This document shows positions 18,937 through 29,177 of a stretch of 58,597 nucleotides of DNA, piece by piece; positions within the stretch are counted from its first letter, which is position 1, and each line of letters starts with the position of its first letter. Source of the DNA: an uncultured Spirochaetota bacterium (lineage in GTDB: Bacteria > Spirochaetota > Spirochaetia > Treponematales > Rectinemataceae); NCBI GenBank assembly GCA_963828175.1, contig CAWHFT010000126.1:1-58597 (forward strand), read 5' to 3'. The notes beneath the pieces were generated by a model. That model had not been told where the DNA came from. It did no database searches and saw only the letters and a list, made by a program, of their open reading frames with translations. The position numbers and the translations under genes were made by a program.

Positions 18937-19360
18937 AAAACCGCCACGGCGGCGAGTACTCACCTTCGCGTTGATGGCGGCTTTGACGGCACTTGTCGTC
19001 GGCTACGCCGCCCTCACGTCCAAGCCCGCTGCGAAGGCTTCGGATTCGAAATCTGAGTCCGTCGGGGCGACGATAGGGAAGAACGATCCAAAATTGAATT
19101 TCACCGACCGCGAAAAGGCCGAGGTCCAAACGCTTCTCGACTCCGGGAAGGTGAGGCGCTTCCAAAAGGATAGCCATGAAGTCTGGGTCGACGGGGCGGC
19201 TTGGAAAGCCTTGGACATGAAGGAACGCGAGCATCTGGCTCTCTTGTTCGCCGCCGTCGATCGGGACTTCGACGGGACCAGGCAGATAGTCGTCAAGGAA
19301 GCGGGAACCGAAAGGACAGTTTCCGAATATTTCGCGGGAAGCCTCCGGGTGGAGCCATGA
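18926..19360 (+). CDS. Hypothetical membrane-anchored or secreted protein inserted between phnE and phnG
   Basis: METKKPPRRRVLTFALMAALTALVVGYAAL (signal/anchor) followed by a charged soluble domain. It overlaps phnE2 by 11 nt and phnG by ATGA. Confidence 0.6.
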   Translation: METKKPPRRRVLTFALMAALTALVVGYAALTSKPAAKASDSKSESVGATIGKNDPKLNFTDREKAEVQTLLDSGKVRRFQKDSHEVWVDGAAWKALDMKEREHLALLFAAVDRDFDGTRQIVVKEAGTERTVSEYFAGSLRVEP

Positions 19361-19776
19361 GCGACACTTCCGAACTGATAGCCGAGGGCTCTCCGGAAAT
19401 CCTGCGCAGCGCGGGCCGCCTACTCGCGGAGCTCCCCGGCAGCCTCGTCCTCAAGGAACCCGTTCAGGGCATGTACGCCATGGTCCATCGCGACAAGGTA
19501 GGCGACCAGCCTTTTTTCCTCGGCGATGTCCTAGTCACCAGCGCAGAGGCCGAGGTCAACGGCGAACTCGGCTTTTCCTGCGTGCTCGGGGACGAGCCGG
19601 AACGCGCCCGATGGGGCGCCTTCGTCGACGCGGGGATCCGATCGCGCCACGCGGCGAGCGAGGAATTGGAAAGCATCATCGACGCTCTGCGGACGGAGCT
19701 GGAATCGAGACGGGAGCGCGAGCGCGCAATGGTGTCCGCCACGACGGTGAGCTTCGACGTTCGTCCGAATTCATGA
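19357..19776 (+). CDS. phnG: C-P lyase core complex subunit PhnG
   Basis: About 139 aa, directly ahead of phnH/I/J, with the block QPFFLGDVLVTSAEAEV. The call rests on position and size. Confidence 0.8.
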   Translation: MSDTSELIAEGSPEILRSAGRLLAELPGSLVLKEPVQGMYAMVHRDKVGDQPFFLGDVLVTSAEAEVNGELGFSCVLGDEPERARWGAFVDAGIRSRHAASEELESIIDALRTELESRRERERAMVSATTVSFDVRPNS

Positions 19777-19807
19777 CGCGCGTTCGATCGCTCGAGAAGG
19801 AAGGTAT

Positions 19808-20419
19808 ATGCCAGAACGACAGTCGATGGCGAGCCTGCGGGAAATCGGCGCGGATGAAGCCTCCGATACCCAGGCCTGCTTCAGGGATTTGATGGGCGCG
19901 TTCGCGGAGCCGGCGAGGTGGTGCGACCTCCGCGCGCCGACATTGCGCGCCCGTCCAAGCGCCTTATACGAGGCGAGTTATGCGGTTCTCAAAACGCTTT
20001 GCGATCATCTCGTCGGACTCTGGATTTCTCCCGTCTTGGGTGATGAGGCAATCGATTATATCCGGCTCAACCTCGGGGTACGGATGGAATCTCTCGCTTG
20101 CGCCGATTACGTCCTGCTGGATAGTTCGGACGTATCGGCATTGGGCGGGCTTCGCATCGGGTACGAGGAGTTCCCGGAACGCTCGGCCCTGGCGATCATC
20201 CAAGTCCCCGAAGCCACCGCGGCTTTCGTCGGTGTAAAAGCGCGGGGACCGGGTATCCGCGACGAAGCGCGTTTCGAGGTCGCCTGCGAGCTGGCAGCCA
20301 TGTTCGAGGTTTTCGAGTCCTTAAGGGACTTCCCTCTGGGGATCGATCTACTGCTGACGCGTTCCGACGGCAAGATATGCGCCCTTCCACGAACATCGGA
20401 GATCACATGGCCTATGTAG
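19808..20419 (+). CDS. phnH: C-P lyase core complex subunit PhnH
   Basis: 203 aa with ...KARGPGIRDE... and ...ICALPRTSEI blocks typical of PhnH. Confidence 0.85.
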   Translation: MPERQSMASLREIGADEASDTQACFRDLMGAFAEPARWCDLRAPTLRARPSALYEASYAVLKTLCDHLVGLWISPVLGDEAIDYIRLNLGVRMESLACADYVLLDSSDVSALGGLRIGYEEFPERSALAIIQVPEATAAFVGVKARGPGIRDEARFEVACELAAMFEVFESLRDFPLGIDLLLTRSDGKICALPRTSEITWPM

Positions 20420-21528
20420 CGGTTCACGGCGGGGAGAAGGCAATACGGAACGCCGACAGGCTCGCCAGTTACGAGCGGCTCAAGGGGACGAGCGACCCGC
20501 TGCTGATCGGTCAGATACGCGACCAGTTGCGTTTTCTCGTGGATCGCGTGATGGGAGAAGGTAGTCTGTACGCTCCCGAGCTCGCGGCCCTGGCGATCAA
20601 ACAAGCCGAGGGCGACCCCATCGAGGCCTCCTTCTTCCTGCGCTCGCATCGCTCCACCCTCGCGCATCGAGGCTCGACCTTGCCCTCGAAGCCCTCCGAG
20701 CTGCGTCTCGAGCGGCGAATCTCCTCGGCCTTCAAGGACATCCCCGGCGGGCAAGTCCTTGGAGCGACCGGCGACTATCGCCAAAGGCTATTGGATTTCG
20801 GCCTTTACGACGAGACCCGGGAATCGACGCGCTCTCGAGCCGCCGAACTCTCGGAAAGTCTCGCCTTCGAAGGCGCCGGAATGCCGGCCAGAGGAGAGCC
20901 GATACCAGTCGTGGACATACTGCGCGAGCAGGGTCTGGTAAGCGAGCCCGAAGCCCCCGCGGGAAAAACCGGCGAGCTGGCCGACATCACATCCCAGGGT
21001 TTGGAGATTCCCGCCGGAAGGGACGCACGGCTCCAATCCATGGCGCGAGGCGAGACGGGCGGCCTTCTGGCCCTCGCCTACAGCTCAATGCGCGGCTACG
21101 GCTCGGTCCATCCGACCATAGGCGAGCTCCGCGTCGGCTGGCAGCAGGTTCGGATCGCGCATCCCTTCAGGCAAGGCGAGACGGTTTCGATCGGAGAGGT
21201 CCGCATTACCGAGGCGGAGCTGATTTGCGGCGCCTCGAAAACCGACGGCGACGGGCCGCGCTACACCATCGGGTACAGCGCGTGCTTCGGCGTCAACGAG
21301 AACAAGGCCATCTCCATGGCGACCTTGGACCGGGCTATGCAGTCGGCCGATGTCGACGCTCCGGCCCAGGACGAGGAGTTCGTACTACTCCATACCGACG
21401 GCATTGAATCATCCGGCTTTTGCGCCCACTTCAAGCTGCCGCATTACGTGACCTTCCAGGCGAGCCTCGACGGGGTCCGCTCGGCCCGCGCCAAAATCGA
21501 GGAGTCGAATAAGGAGGCGGTCCGATGA
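20407..21528 (+). CDS. phnI: C-P lyase core complex subunit PhnI
   Basis: MAYVAVHGGEKAIRNADRL...TIGELRVGW, ~373 aa, conserved operon position. Confidence 0.9.
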   Translation: MAYVAVHGGEKAIRNADRLASYERLKGTSDPLLIGQIRDQLRFLVDRVMGEGSLYAPELAALAIKQAEGDPIEASFFLRSHRSTLAHRGSTLPSKPSELRLERRISSAFKDIPGGQVLGATGDYRQRLLDFGLYDETRESTRSRAAELSESLAFEGAGMPARGEPIPVVDILREQGLVSEPEAPAGKTGELADITSQGLEIPAGRDARLQSMARGETGGLLALAYSSMRGYGSVHPTIGELRVGWQQVRIAHPFRQGETVSIGEVRITEAELICGASKTDGDGPRYTIGYSACFGVNENKAISMATLDRAMQSADVDAPAQDEEFVLLHTDGIESSGFCAHFKLPHYVTFQASLDGVRSARAKIEESNKEAVR

Positions 21529-22388
21529 GCGCCGATCCGCATTTTAACTTCGCCTTCCTCGACGAGGGGGTCAAGCGCGAAATACGACGGGCGATCATCC
21601 GTGCCATTTGCCTCCCCGGTCACCAAATTCCCTTCGCGAGCAGGGAGCTTCCGATCGCCCGCGGCTGGGGGACCGGGGGCCTGCAGGTCACCATGTCGAT
21701 CATCGGCGCCAAGGACTGCTTGAAGATGATCGACCAGGGCTGCGACGGAAGCGTGAATGCGGTCAACTTGCGATACCTGATAACCCGCACCACCGGAGTG
21801 CGGACGACAACGCGCACTACAGAGGCGACCCTCATCCAGACGCGCCACCGCATTCCCGAGACTCCGCTTTCCCCCGGACAGGTCATGGTGTACCAAGTGC
21901 CTCAACCCGAGCCGCTCAGGCGCGTGGAGCCGAGCGACGTCGCGACCCGTCGCATGCACGGGGATAAGGACTATGCCAAAATTTGGGTACATCTTTACGA
22001 GGACATAGTCAAGCACGGCGTCTCGACTTCCGGCGGGGGGCATCCCGTGTCCGTGAACGATCGTTACATAATGTCTCCGTCGCCGATCCCGAAATACGAC
22101 ATATCGAAGCTCAGCGACTCGCCCTGCCTCCACCTCTTCGGCGCGGGCAGGGAAAAGCGGATCTACGCCGTGCCTCCGTGGACCAAGGTCGAGCCGCTCG
22201 CCTTCGCCGATAGGCCGTTTCGGGTCGAGCGCTTCGTCGACGACGACGGGCACGACGTCGCCTGCGCCCGCTGCGGCTGCACGAAGAGCTACAAGGACGA
22301 GATCCTCGATGAATCGGGGAAGGGTCGAATCCACGTCTGCTCCGACGCGGACTGGTGCGATGGCCGATTGGCGGCGGGCGCGAAATGA
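21525..22388 (+). CDS. phnJ: C-P lyase catalytic subunit PhnJ
   Basis: FAFLDEGVKREIRRAI, IARGWGTGGLQVT and the C-terminal Cys cluster CARCGC...CSDADWC. ATGA overlaps on both sides. Confidence 0.95.
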   Translation: MSADPHFNFAFLDEGVKREIRRAIIRAICLPGHQIPFASRELPIARGWGTGGLQVTMSIIGAKDCLKMIDQGCDGSVNAVNLRYLITRTTGVRTTTRTTEATLIQTRHRIPETPLSPGQVMVYQVPQPEPLRRVEPSDVATRRMHGDKDYAKIWVHLYEDIVKHGVSTSGGGHPVSVNDRYIMSPSPIPKYDISKLSDSPCLHLFGAGREKRIYAVPPWTKVEPLAFADRPFRVERFVDDDGHDVACARCGCTKSYKDEILDESGKGRIHVCSDADWCDGRLAAGAK

Positions 22389-23267
22389 ACGATATTCCGA
22401 TTCCGACGAACGCGGGCACGAAGGTACGTGTCCCCGTGCTCCGCGTCAGCGGAGCGGGCAAGCGCTACGGGCCGGGTTGCCCCGCGTGCGCCGCGGGTCC
22501 CGCTTCTTCCGTCGGGCCCCAAGCGGGGACGAGCCTCTGTCCGGTCTGCGGAACCACCACCGCCTTCCGAGAGGTCAGCTTCGATCTGTACCGGGGAGAG
22601 GTCCTCGGCGTCGTCGGCGAGTCGGGCTCGGGCAAGAGCTCGCTCGTCCATTGCCTCTATCTCGATCTGCTCCTCGACGAGGGCGAGGCGTCCATGCCTT
22701 CGCACGGCATCGGTCCAATGCACACCCTGCCCCGATTCGCGCGCAAGAGAATCCGCGATTGCCATTTGGGCATGGTCTACCAAAACCCTCTGCGCGGCCT
22801 CAACCTTCGAATCTCCGCGGGCGGCAATGTCGCCGAAAAACTCGTGAATGCCGGAGAGCTCCGCTTCGCGAGCATACGCGAGCGGGCTGGTGAGTTACTG
22901 GAACGAACCGAAATCGCGCGCGATTACATGGACCGTCAACCGCGCACATTTTCTGGCGGCATGCAACAGCGCGTGCAGATCGCCAAGGCCCTCGCGAACA
23001 ACCCCCCGGTGCTCTTCATGGACGAGGTCACCACGGGTCTGGACGTATCCGTGCAAGCGCGGGTCCTCGATCTGATCCGCAGCCTTCAACGCGAGCTCGG
23101 CATCGCGATGGTGGTCGTATCCCACGATCTCGGCGTCATCCGGCTCTTGACCCGAATGCACCCTGGCGATGCGCAACGGCGGCGTAGTCGAGGCGGGCTT
23201 GACCGACCAGATCCTCGAGGATCCGGCCGATCCCTACACTCAGCTCCTGGTCCACTCGATGATTTGA
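22385..23267 (+). CDS. phnK: C-P lyase ATP-binding subunit PhnK, frameshifted as assembled (+1 near 23160)
   Basis: GESGSGKSS, FSGGMQQRVQIAKAL, LFMDEVTTGLD and VVVSHDLGVIRLLTRMH. The conserved tail MRNGGVVEAGLTDQILEDPADPYTQLLVHSMI* is in the next frame. Length is 883 nt (3n+1). Confidence 0.85.
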
Positions 23268-23290
23268 GGCCGGGAAAAAAGGAAAATGGA

Positions 23291-24028
23291 ATGAACGAAA
23301 TACTGCAAGCACGAGGCTTGAGCAAGACCTTCGTTCTCCACGCGCGCGGAGGGGCGACCATCATGGCCTTTCGCGACTTGGATCTCGATCTCGCCCAGGG
23401 CGAATTCCTGGGCGTCTCGGGCCCGAGCGGCATTGGAAAATCGACGCTCCTCAAGACGATCTACCGGACCTATCGGGCCGATTCGGGGACGGTCCTATAC
23501 CGAAGCGCCTCAAAGGGAGAAGTGGACCTTCTCGCTCTCGACGAACACGACATGCTCGAGCTCAGGGAGACCGAGATCGCCTACGTATCGCAATTCTTCC
23601 AGGTCATGCCCCGCGTGAGCGCCATGGGCATCCTCTTATCGGCGCTCGCCCATCGCGGCCTTTCCGACGCGGAATGCCGAGAACGGGCGGCGGCGATGCT
23701 GGAACGAGTCTGTTTGCCTCGTCATCTGTGGGAGCTCTATCCCTCAACATTTTCGGGCGGGGAAAAGCAACGCCTCAACATCGCGCATGCCCTGCTTTCA
23801 AGTCCACGGCTCCTCCTCCTGGACGAGCCGACGGCATCGCTCGACGCGGCCGCGCGCGACAACGTCCTCATGCTGCTCGCCCAGCTCAAGGCCGAGGGGA
23901 CCAGCATGATCGGCATTTTCCACGATCAAGCATCACTGCGGAAACTGGCCGACGAAGAGTTTCGATTCGTGCCGACGGCCGACTCGACGTACGAGCCTAC
24001 GGAAGAGACCGAGGAGGTAATGGCGTGA
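23291..24028 (+). CDS. phnL: C-P lyase ATP-binding subunit PhnL
   Basis: MNEILQARGLSKTF..., GPSGIGKSTLLKTIYR, FSGGEKQRLNIAHAL and LLLDEPTASLD. It has its own AAGGAAA RBS. Confidence 0.9.
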   Translation: MNEILQARGLSKTFVLHARGGATIMAFRDLDLDLAQGEFLGVSGPSGIGKSTLLKTIYRTYRADSGTVLYRSASKGEVDLLALDEHDMLELRETEIAYVSQFFQVMPRVSAMGILLSALAHRGLSDAECRERAAAMLERVCLPRHLWELYPSTFSGGEKQRLNIAHALLSSPRLLLLDEPTASLDAAARDNVLMLLAQLKAEGTSMIGIFHDQASLRKLADEEFRFVPTADSTYEPTEETEEVMA

Positions 24029-25224
24029 CTCTCATCGACAAAGTTCGGCTCGTGACGCCGGCGGGCATCCAGGACGACGCGTGGATCCTAGTGGAGGGCG
24101 AGTCCATCCTCGAGACCGGCTCGGGTCCTCGACCCGAAATAAGCCAGATGATAGACGGCGGTGGCCTTTTGGCCATGCCGGGATTTATCGACCTCCACTC
24201 GGACGCCCTCGAAGGCGAGACTCAACCTCGCCCCGGCGTCTTCCTCGAGACCGAGCTCGGCTTCTTCAGCCTCGAGGCGAAGCTGGTCTGCCACGGCGTG
24301 ACGACCATGTACCATTCGCTTTCCTTCCACGACCACAGCTTCAAGATGCGGACGAGCGAAGTAGTGCAGAACGTCATTCGATGCATCGACGTGTTGAAAA
24401 AAGACAGCATCATCCATCATCGCGTCCACGCCCGCTACGAGGTCAGCGAGACTCCCGCCGAAAGCGTCATTTCCGACCTGATAGACGAAGGTCTCGTGCA
24501 CATGGTATCGCTCATGAACCATAGTCCGGGGCAGGGGCAATACGTCGATATGGAAAAGTACCGGAACGACCTCTACAAGACTCGCGGCTTCGGACCCGCG
24601 GAAGCAGACCAATGGATTCGCGAGCGGCAAGCGCGCATGCAGAATCCGGAGATACCGGCTACCATGAAGCGTCTCGCCGACAAGGTCCTCGCCGCCGGCA
24701 TACCCCTCGCCAGCCACGATGACGACTCTTCGGCCAAGATCGAGAGGATGCGCTCTTACGGAGTGGGGATCAGCGAATTCCCGATCGACCTGCTCACCGC
24801 GAAAGCCGCGCGCGAAGCGGGCATGCATATCGTCGTGGGCGCGCCCAACATCGTGCGAGGCGCGTCCAATAGCGGGAATATGCGGGCTATCGACGCGATC
24901 CTGGCCGGCGCCGCCGACATCCTGTGCAGCGACTATGTCCCTCCCGCCATCCTCCACGCGGTCTTCAAGCTTCACACCGAGTACGGAATGCCTTTGCACG
25001 AAGCCAGCGCGATGGCCAGCCTCAACCCGGCGCGCGCGGTGGGGCTCGGGGAGCTCACGGGCTCCATCGAGAACGGTAAGCAGGCCGACATCATCCTGGT
25101 CGACGACTCCACGGGCGTGCCGCGCGTGCTCTTCGTGATGACCATGGGTCAGCCCGTCTTGACAAAAGGCCGGCGCTTTTCCTTCGCCGCCTCGGCGAGC
25201 AAGGAGGCTGAGCATGCCCGTTGA
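24025..25224 (+). CDS. phnM: Alpha-D-ribose 1-methylphosphonate 5-triphosphate diphosphatase (amidohydrolase fold)
   Basis: The GTG at 24025 overlaps the phnL TGA. Blocks [29 protein letters not shown] and GAPNIVRG. Confidence 0.9.
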   Translation: MTLIDKVRLVTPAGIQDDAWILVEGESILETGSGPRPEISQMIDGGGLLAMPGFIDLHSDALEGETQPRPGVFLETELGFFSLEAKLVCHGVTTMYHSLSFHDHSFKMRTSEVVQNVIRCIDVLKKDSIIHHRVHARYEVSETPAESVISDLIDEGLVHMVSLMNHSPGQGQYVDMEKYRNDLYKTRGFGPAEADQWIRERQARMQNPEIPATMKRLADKVLAAGIPLASHDDDSSAKIERMRSYGVGISEFPIDLLTAKAAREAGMHIVVGAPNIVRGASNSGNMRAIDAILAGAADILCSDYVPPAILHAVFKLHTEYGMPLHEASAMASLNPARAVGLGELTGSIENGKQADIILVDDSTGVPRVLFVMTMGQPVLTKGRRFSFAASASKEAEHAR

Positions 25225-25828
25225 GCTTTCCTCCGAGCCTCTCGTCCACGAAGACTGCAGGATCAAGGATTCCGTCCTCGGCGCCTGGTCCGAGGTCGGG
25301 CGCAATACCAGCATCGTCGAAAGCAGTTTCGGGGCGTACAGCTACACTGCCGGCGACGTGGCGATCATCTATGCGGACATCGGGCCGTTTTGCAGCATCG
25401 CCAGCCACGTGCGGATCAATCCGGGCAACCACGCCATGTGGCGAGTCGCCCAGCACCACATGACCTACCGCCGCAAGCGCTTCGGGTTCGCCGAGACGGA
25501 CGACGAAACTTTTTTCAAATGGCGGCGCGATCATCCCTGCCTGGTGGGCCACGACGTCTGGATCGGCCATGGCGCGGTCATCATGCCGGGGGTGAAGATC
25601 GGGTCGGGAGCGATCGTGGGCTCCGGCGCGGTAGTGACGCACGACATAGGCCCTTACGAAGTCTGGGTCGGCGTGCCGGCCAGGCTTTTGCGAAGGCGTT
25701 TCGACGAAGAGACAAGCGAGGGCCTGGAATCGAGCCGTTGGTGGGAGTGGGACCACGAGACTATCAAATCCAGGCTTCCCGAGTTCGAGGATCCCGTCGC
25801 CTTCATCGCGGCCTACGGTAAGGCCTGA
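25214..25828 (+). CDS. Phosphonate-metabolism-associated hexapeptide-repeat transferase (phn_thr-fam-like)
   Basis: Left-handed beta-helix repeats ([31 protein letters not shown]) in the position where this family is known to accompany phn operons. Confidence 0.75.
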   Translation: MPVELSSEPLVHEDCRIKDSVLGAWSEVGRNTSIVESSFGAYSYTAGDVAIIYADIGPFCSIASHVRINPGNHAMWRVAQHHMTYRRKRFGFAETDDETFFKWRRDHPCLVGHDVWIGHGAVIMPGVKIGSGAIVGSGAVVTHDIGPYEVWVGVPARLLRRRFDEETSEGLESSRWWEWDHETIKSRLPEFEDPVAFIAAYGKA

Positions 25829-26541
25829 TGCCGGCCGATCTTCATGTCCATTCTCGCGCTTCGGACGGCTCGCTCACCATTGGTGAGCTGTTGGCGCAGG
25901 CTCGATCCAAGGGGGTGGATTGCCTCGGCTTGACCGATCACGATTACACCGCGCACGTGGGGCTGGCTGCCGACATCGGGGTCGAGCTCGGCGTGACGGT
26001 GATCCCCGGCGTGGAAATTTCGGCGCGCGATCGCGAGCGCGGCGGCAAAGTGCATATCCTCGGATATTTTCTCCCTCCCTCGAGCACCGCGGTCGAAGCC
26101 TTGTGCCGGCCCGTCCTGGAACAAAGGAATGCGACCAGCCTACTCGCCATCGATGCCCTGCGCGGCCGGGGCATTTCGATCGAGCTCTGCGAGGTCGAGG
26201 ACGTGGCCTGGGGAGACCTCGAGCCCGACGATTCTGTCGATCGTTGCCCGGTGATCTATCGCCAGCACGTGGCGGAGGCCTTGCGCCGGAAAGGCGTGAT
26301 CGGCGTCGGCCAATTGATGCGCTCGCTCTACGGCCCGGGCGGCGCCTGTCACCCGGGCATCGACTACCCCGGCGCGATCGACGCCGTGCGGGCGATTAAA
26401 GCCGACGGTGGCCTGGCCGTGCTGGCCCATCCGGGCTTGAGCGATTGCTGGGCCATGATACCCCTTCTGGTGTCGGCGGGGACCTATTTGTGCCCGGCCG
26501 ACCAGGAAGCCTATTTCGCGCATCGAGGATCGAAAGCATGA
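25828..26541 (+). CDS. PHP-domain phosphoesterase, candidate PhnPP-type cyclic phosphate dihydrolase
   Basis: ADLHVHSRASDGS, GLTDHD, GVEISA, KVHILGY and AVLAHPG, which are PHP metal-ligand motifs. It sits where phnP would normally be. Confidence 0.75.
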   Translation: MPADLHVHSRASDGSLTIGELLAQARSKGVDCLGLTDHDYTAHVGLAADIGVELGVTVIPGVEISARDRERGGKVHILGYFLPPSSTAVEALCRPVLEQRNATSLLAIDALRGRGISIELCEVEDVAWGDLEPDDSVDRCPVIYRQHVAEALRRKGVIGVGQLMRSLYGPGGACHPGIDYPGAIDAVRAIKADGGLAVLAHPGLSDCWAMIPLLVSAGTYLCPADQEAYFAHRGSKA

Positions 26542-27111
26542 GCGACTCTAGCTCGATCGTACGTCTCATAATCATATCCCTGCCTCCCGAGCCCCTCCTC
26601 GGTCGGTTGACCGAGTTGCGTCGCGAAATGTGCGCGTTGGCCGATTCGCGTGAGGCTCTTCGCTATCCCGTGCATATCACTTTGCGTACCGGGGCTCTGG
26701 TGCCGGAGGACGAGCTGCCTCGTTTTTTTCGAGTTGTTTTCGATCAAGGCCCTCGAGACGGATCTTTTCTCGATCCGGCTTGGCGGGTTGATCTTGAAGC
26801 GATACTTCGGCCCGGACGGGGCGGAGCGATGCTTCGCCGGCTTTGGGATCGAAACTAATCCGGAATTTCTGCGCGCTCACGAGCGGCTCTTGGAGTTCAA
26901 AGACTACCGCAAAGGTCCTCAATACGAGTATCGCCCCCATCTAACCTTGGCCTTCGACGACTTGAGCATAGAGGGCTTGGAGTCGATTGAGGCAGCGTTA
27001 GCCGATCGAGGCGGTCTGCCGATCGGGGAGTCATGGACCTGCTCGAAGGTCGAATGCTATCGGCTGAAAAAAAATGTCTGGGTCGAAGAGGCTTCGTTTC
27101 CCCTTAAATGA
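26538..27111 (+). CDS. 2H (LigT-like) phosphoesterase, frameshifted as assembled in a T7 run (26723-26729)
   Basis: Two H-x-T-x motifs (PVHITLRTG and RPHLTLAFD) lie ~95 residues apart but in different frames. ATGA overlap with the PHP gene. Length is 574 nt (3n+1). Confidence 0.7.
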
Positions 27112-27511
27112 TCGGGAGGGCTTCTGTGCGCCGTTGTTGCATGGATGCCTGTTTATGGGAGGCATTTCTGAACTTTTTCCAACTTCCTAGCTTCCGAAGC
27201 GACCAGCACCTCTATCAGAATTGGCCCATTTATCAGCCATTTTCCGTTAGTGGCTAAACTAGTCACTAGACAAGCTGGCGTAGGCAATTACTGAGATCGG
27301 AGGTAACTGCCCGGGTTCAAGGGTCGTCGCTGGGCGCGCAGTTGAGCGTTGGCGCCGAAAATCAGGTCCGCCCGTGTCGCAGTCCACAGCAGCGCTTCTG
27401 TTAGGCGATTGTGTAAATAGGGAGACTCTGATGCGATCCCGTCCTTAGTCCCGTCCTTAATTTCGCGTGCCCAACCCGCCTTCTCCACCTATCTCGGCAA
27501 AATCTTAATCC

Positions 27512-27661
27512 GAAGGCCACGTCTACGAGGCTCCGCTCGGCCTCATGGGCCAGACGATCTCGCTCCTCTACCATCAGGACGACCTCTCTCGCGTCGAGGT
27601 CGTTAGGGACAACGAGTCCCTCGGCTTCCCCACGCCCCTCGACCAGGCCGTCAACAGCTGA
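27512..27661 (+). mobile_element. C-terminal remnant of a Mu/TniA-type DDE transposase
   Basis: EGHVYEAPLGLMGQTISLLYHQDDLSRVEVVRDNESLGFP resembles the Mu-transposase C-terminal domain. No upstream catalytic part is present. Confidence 0.4.
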
Positions 27662-27768
27662 ATCAAGCGCCTCGTATCGCTCGGGTTCGCTCTTCTCCGG
27701 GAGCTCCTCATGATCGCTCTCACCTACGCCTATGGCCTATCCCGTGAGCCCTTAGCCCAGGACATCCC

Positions 27769-28271
27769 ATCGGCGAGGTTGGCGCGGGCAAGAGCACCTC
27801 GCTCCGTGCCGCCGTTTCCCGCCTCCACCCCTCGCAGTACTGCGTCATTCCCCTCGTCGCTACCTCGGGATCCCTCATGGAACTCCTCAGGCAGATCTGT
27901 ATCAACTCGGGCGACGCGACTTCGACTCCCGCACGCTCCTCCCCATCGTCCTCTCGGGACAGACCGCCCTCATCGACAAGCTCCTCTTCCACACCTCTCG
28001 GCCCTTCGCTTCTTGCGTCGCGGGCCGCAGCCGCCTTGAGTCCCTCCAGCGCGATCACATGGCCGCCTATGTCGCCCATCATCTCGCCATCGCCGGCGGA
28101 AAGGCCGAGCTCTTCTCCTACGACGCCATCACGGCGCTCAACCAGAGCTCGGGAGGAATACTCAGGAGAGCCGGCATCCTCGCCCGCGGCGCCATGCTTG
28201 CCGCCGTGGGCGAAAAGTGCCCCGTCGTCACCGCGGAGCATGTCCGCATCGCCACCACCGAAACTCTCTGA
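27769..28271 (+). pseudogene. Decayed ExeA/TniB-like AAA+ ATPase (transposition helper)
   Basis: The P-loop IGEVGAGKSTSLRAAVSRL, then LLPIVLSGQTALIDKLL and HMAAYVAHHLAIAGG...SSGGILRRAGILARGAML lie in different frames. The Walker B region is missing. Confidence 0.55.
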
Positions 28272-28405
28272 AAAACACGCGCGATGGAAGGCCTCATGAG
28301 CTGATCTGTGGCCAGGCGACGTGGCTATCCCGCCAATTCGGTCTGCGAAGTGATACGCAGAAATAACCGTGTAAGGAATTTGATACCGGGGCACCGGAAC
28401 AGCCG

Positions 28406-28834
28406 ATGACTCAAGCGCAACAAGACAAATACAATTCAATGGCAATAACTCTTCGTCCGGATAGTTTGCCTCTGGACTCGCGGCGTTGGAAAGCCGACGA
28501 GGGCTATAACCGAATCATCGAGGCCAAATTCCTTTTCTTGGCCGGAGATCTGCCGGATTCTGTTGCATCAGATGTACACCATTTCCAGAAAACGACCGGG
28601 GAAATTCTCGGATGGGCTGGTGCAGTAGGCGGTTTTGCGTATTGCTACTACGGTGCTTTCAGCCAGTCCAACTCGGAAGCCTTCAATGTCACTCCGGTTC
28701 TTGTCGGAGTCGGAACGTGTTTGGTCGGCGCAGCAATTGCCGTAATATACACCATGTTGTCCCCTGACGTACTCCCGTTTGGGAAAGCGCAGCAGATTGC
28801 TCGTGACTACAACCAGCGATTACTGGAAAAGTAG
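28406..28834 (+). CDS. Hypothetical membrane protein
   Basis: 142 aa with two C-terminal TM segments (WAGAVGGFAYCYYGAF, VLVGVGTCLVGAAIAVIYTML), in lower-GC context. Confidence 0.45.
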   Translation: MTQAQQDKYNSMAITLRPDSLPLDSRRWKADEGYNRIIEAKFLFLAGDLPDSVASDVHHFQKTTGEILGWAGAVGGFAYCYYGAFSQSNSEAFNVTPVLVGVGTCLVGAAIAVIYTMLSPDVLPFGKAQQIARDYNQRLLEK

Positions 28835-29177
28835 CGCGCATCACATGGCTGTAGTGCAGAAGGCCCAGGTCCCCGGAGACGAGGACGAAGTCGGGTGGCT
28901 TGGCCGCTTCGAGCTTCCCGGGGATCTGTTCCATTGATCCCCGAACCCCTACATCCCTCAAGGAAAGAGGGTTGCCAGCTGAAATAAACCTTCGGCAACC
29001 GCATCAACTTTATGAGGATTCTGTAGACGGCAGAATACCCCGGAAAGATGTTTGGTTGTGAAGGCTTTCCTCGAAGTCGACTTAGTAAGGTATTCACACG
29101 ACGTTCAAGAACTCGTGGCCTCAGGATATATTGCGGTATGCTGCTCCGGTGGCTAATCCACGCTACTATATATAACA

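Noticed and set aside
26461-26541. Possible C-terminal truncation or frameshift of the PHP esterase (ends ...LVSAGTYLCPADQEAYFAHRGSKA)
   Set aside because: I could not find a convincing continuation of the PHP fold in either alternative frame. The ATGA coupling to the next gene fits the present stop, so the claim is not supportable from sequence alone.
27288-27488. 66-aa minus-strand ORF at the left edge of the low-GC patch as a mobile-element gene fragment
   Set aside because: It has no recognisable motif. It could be non-coding.
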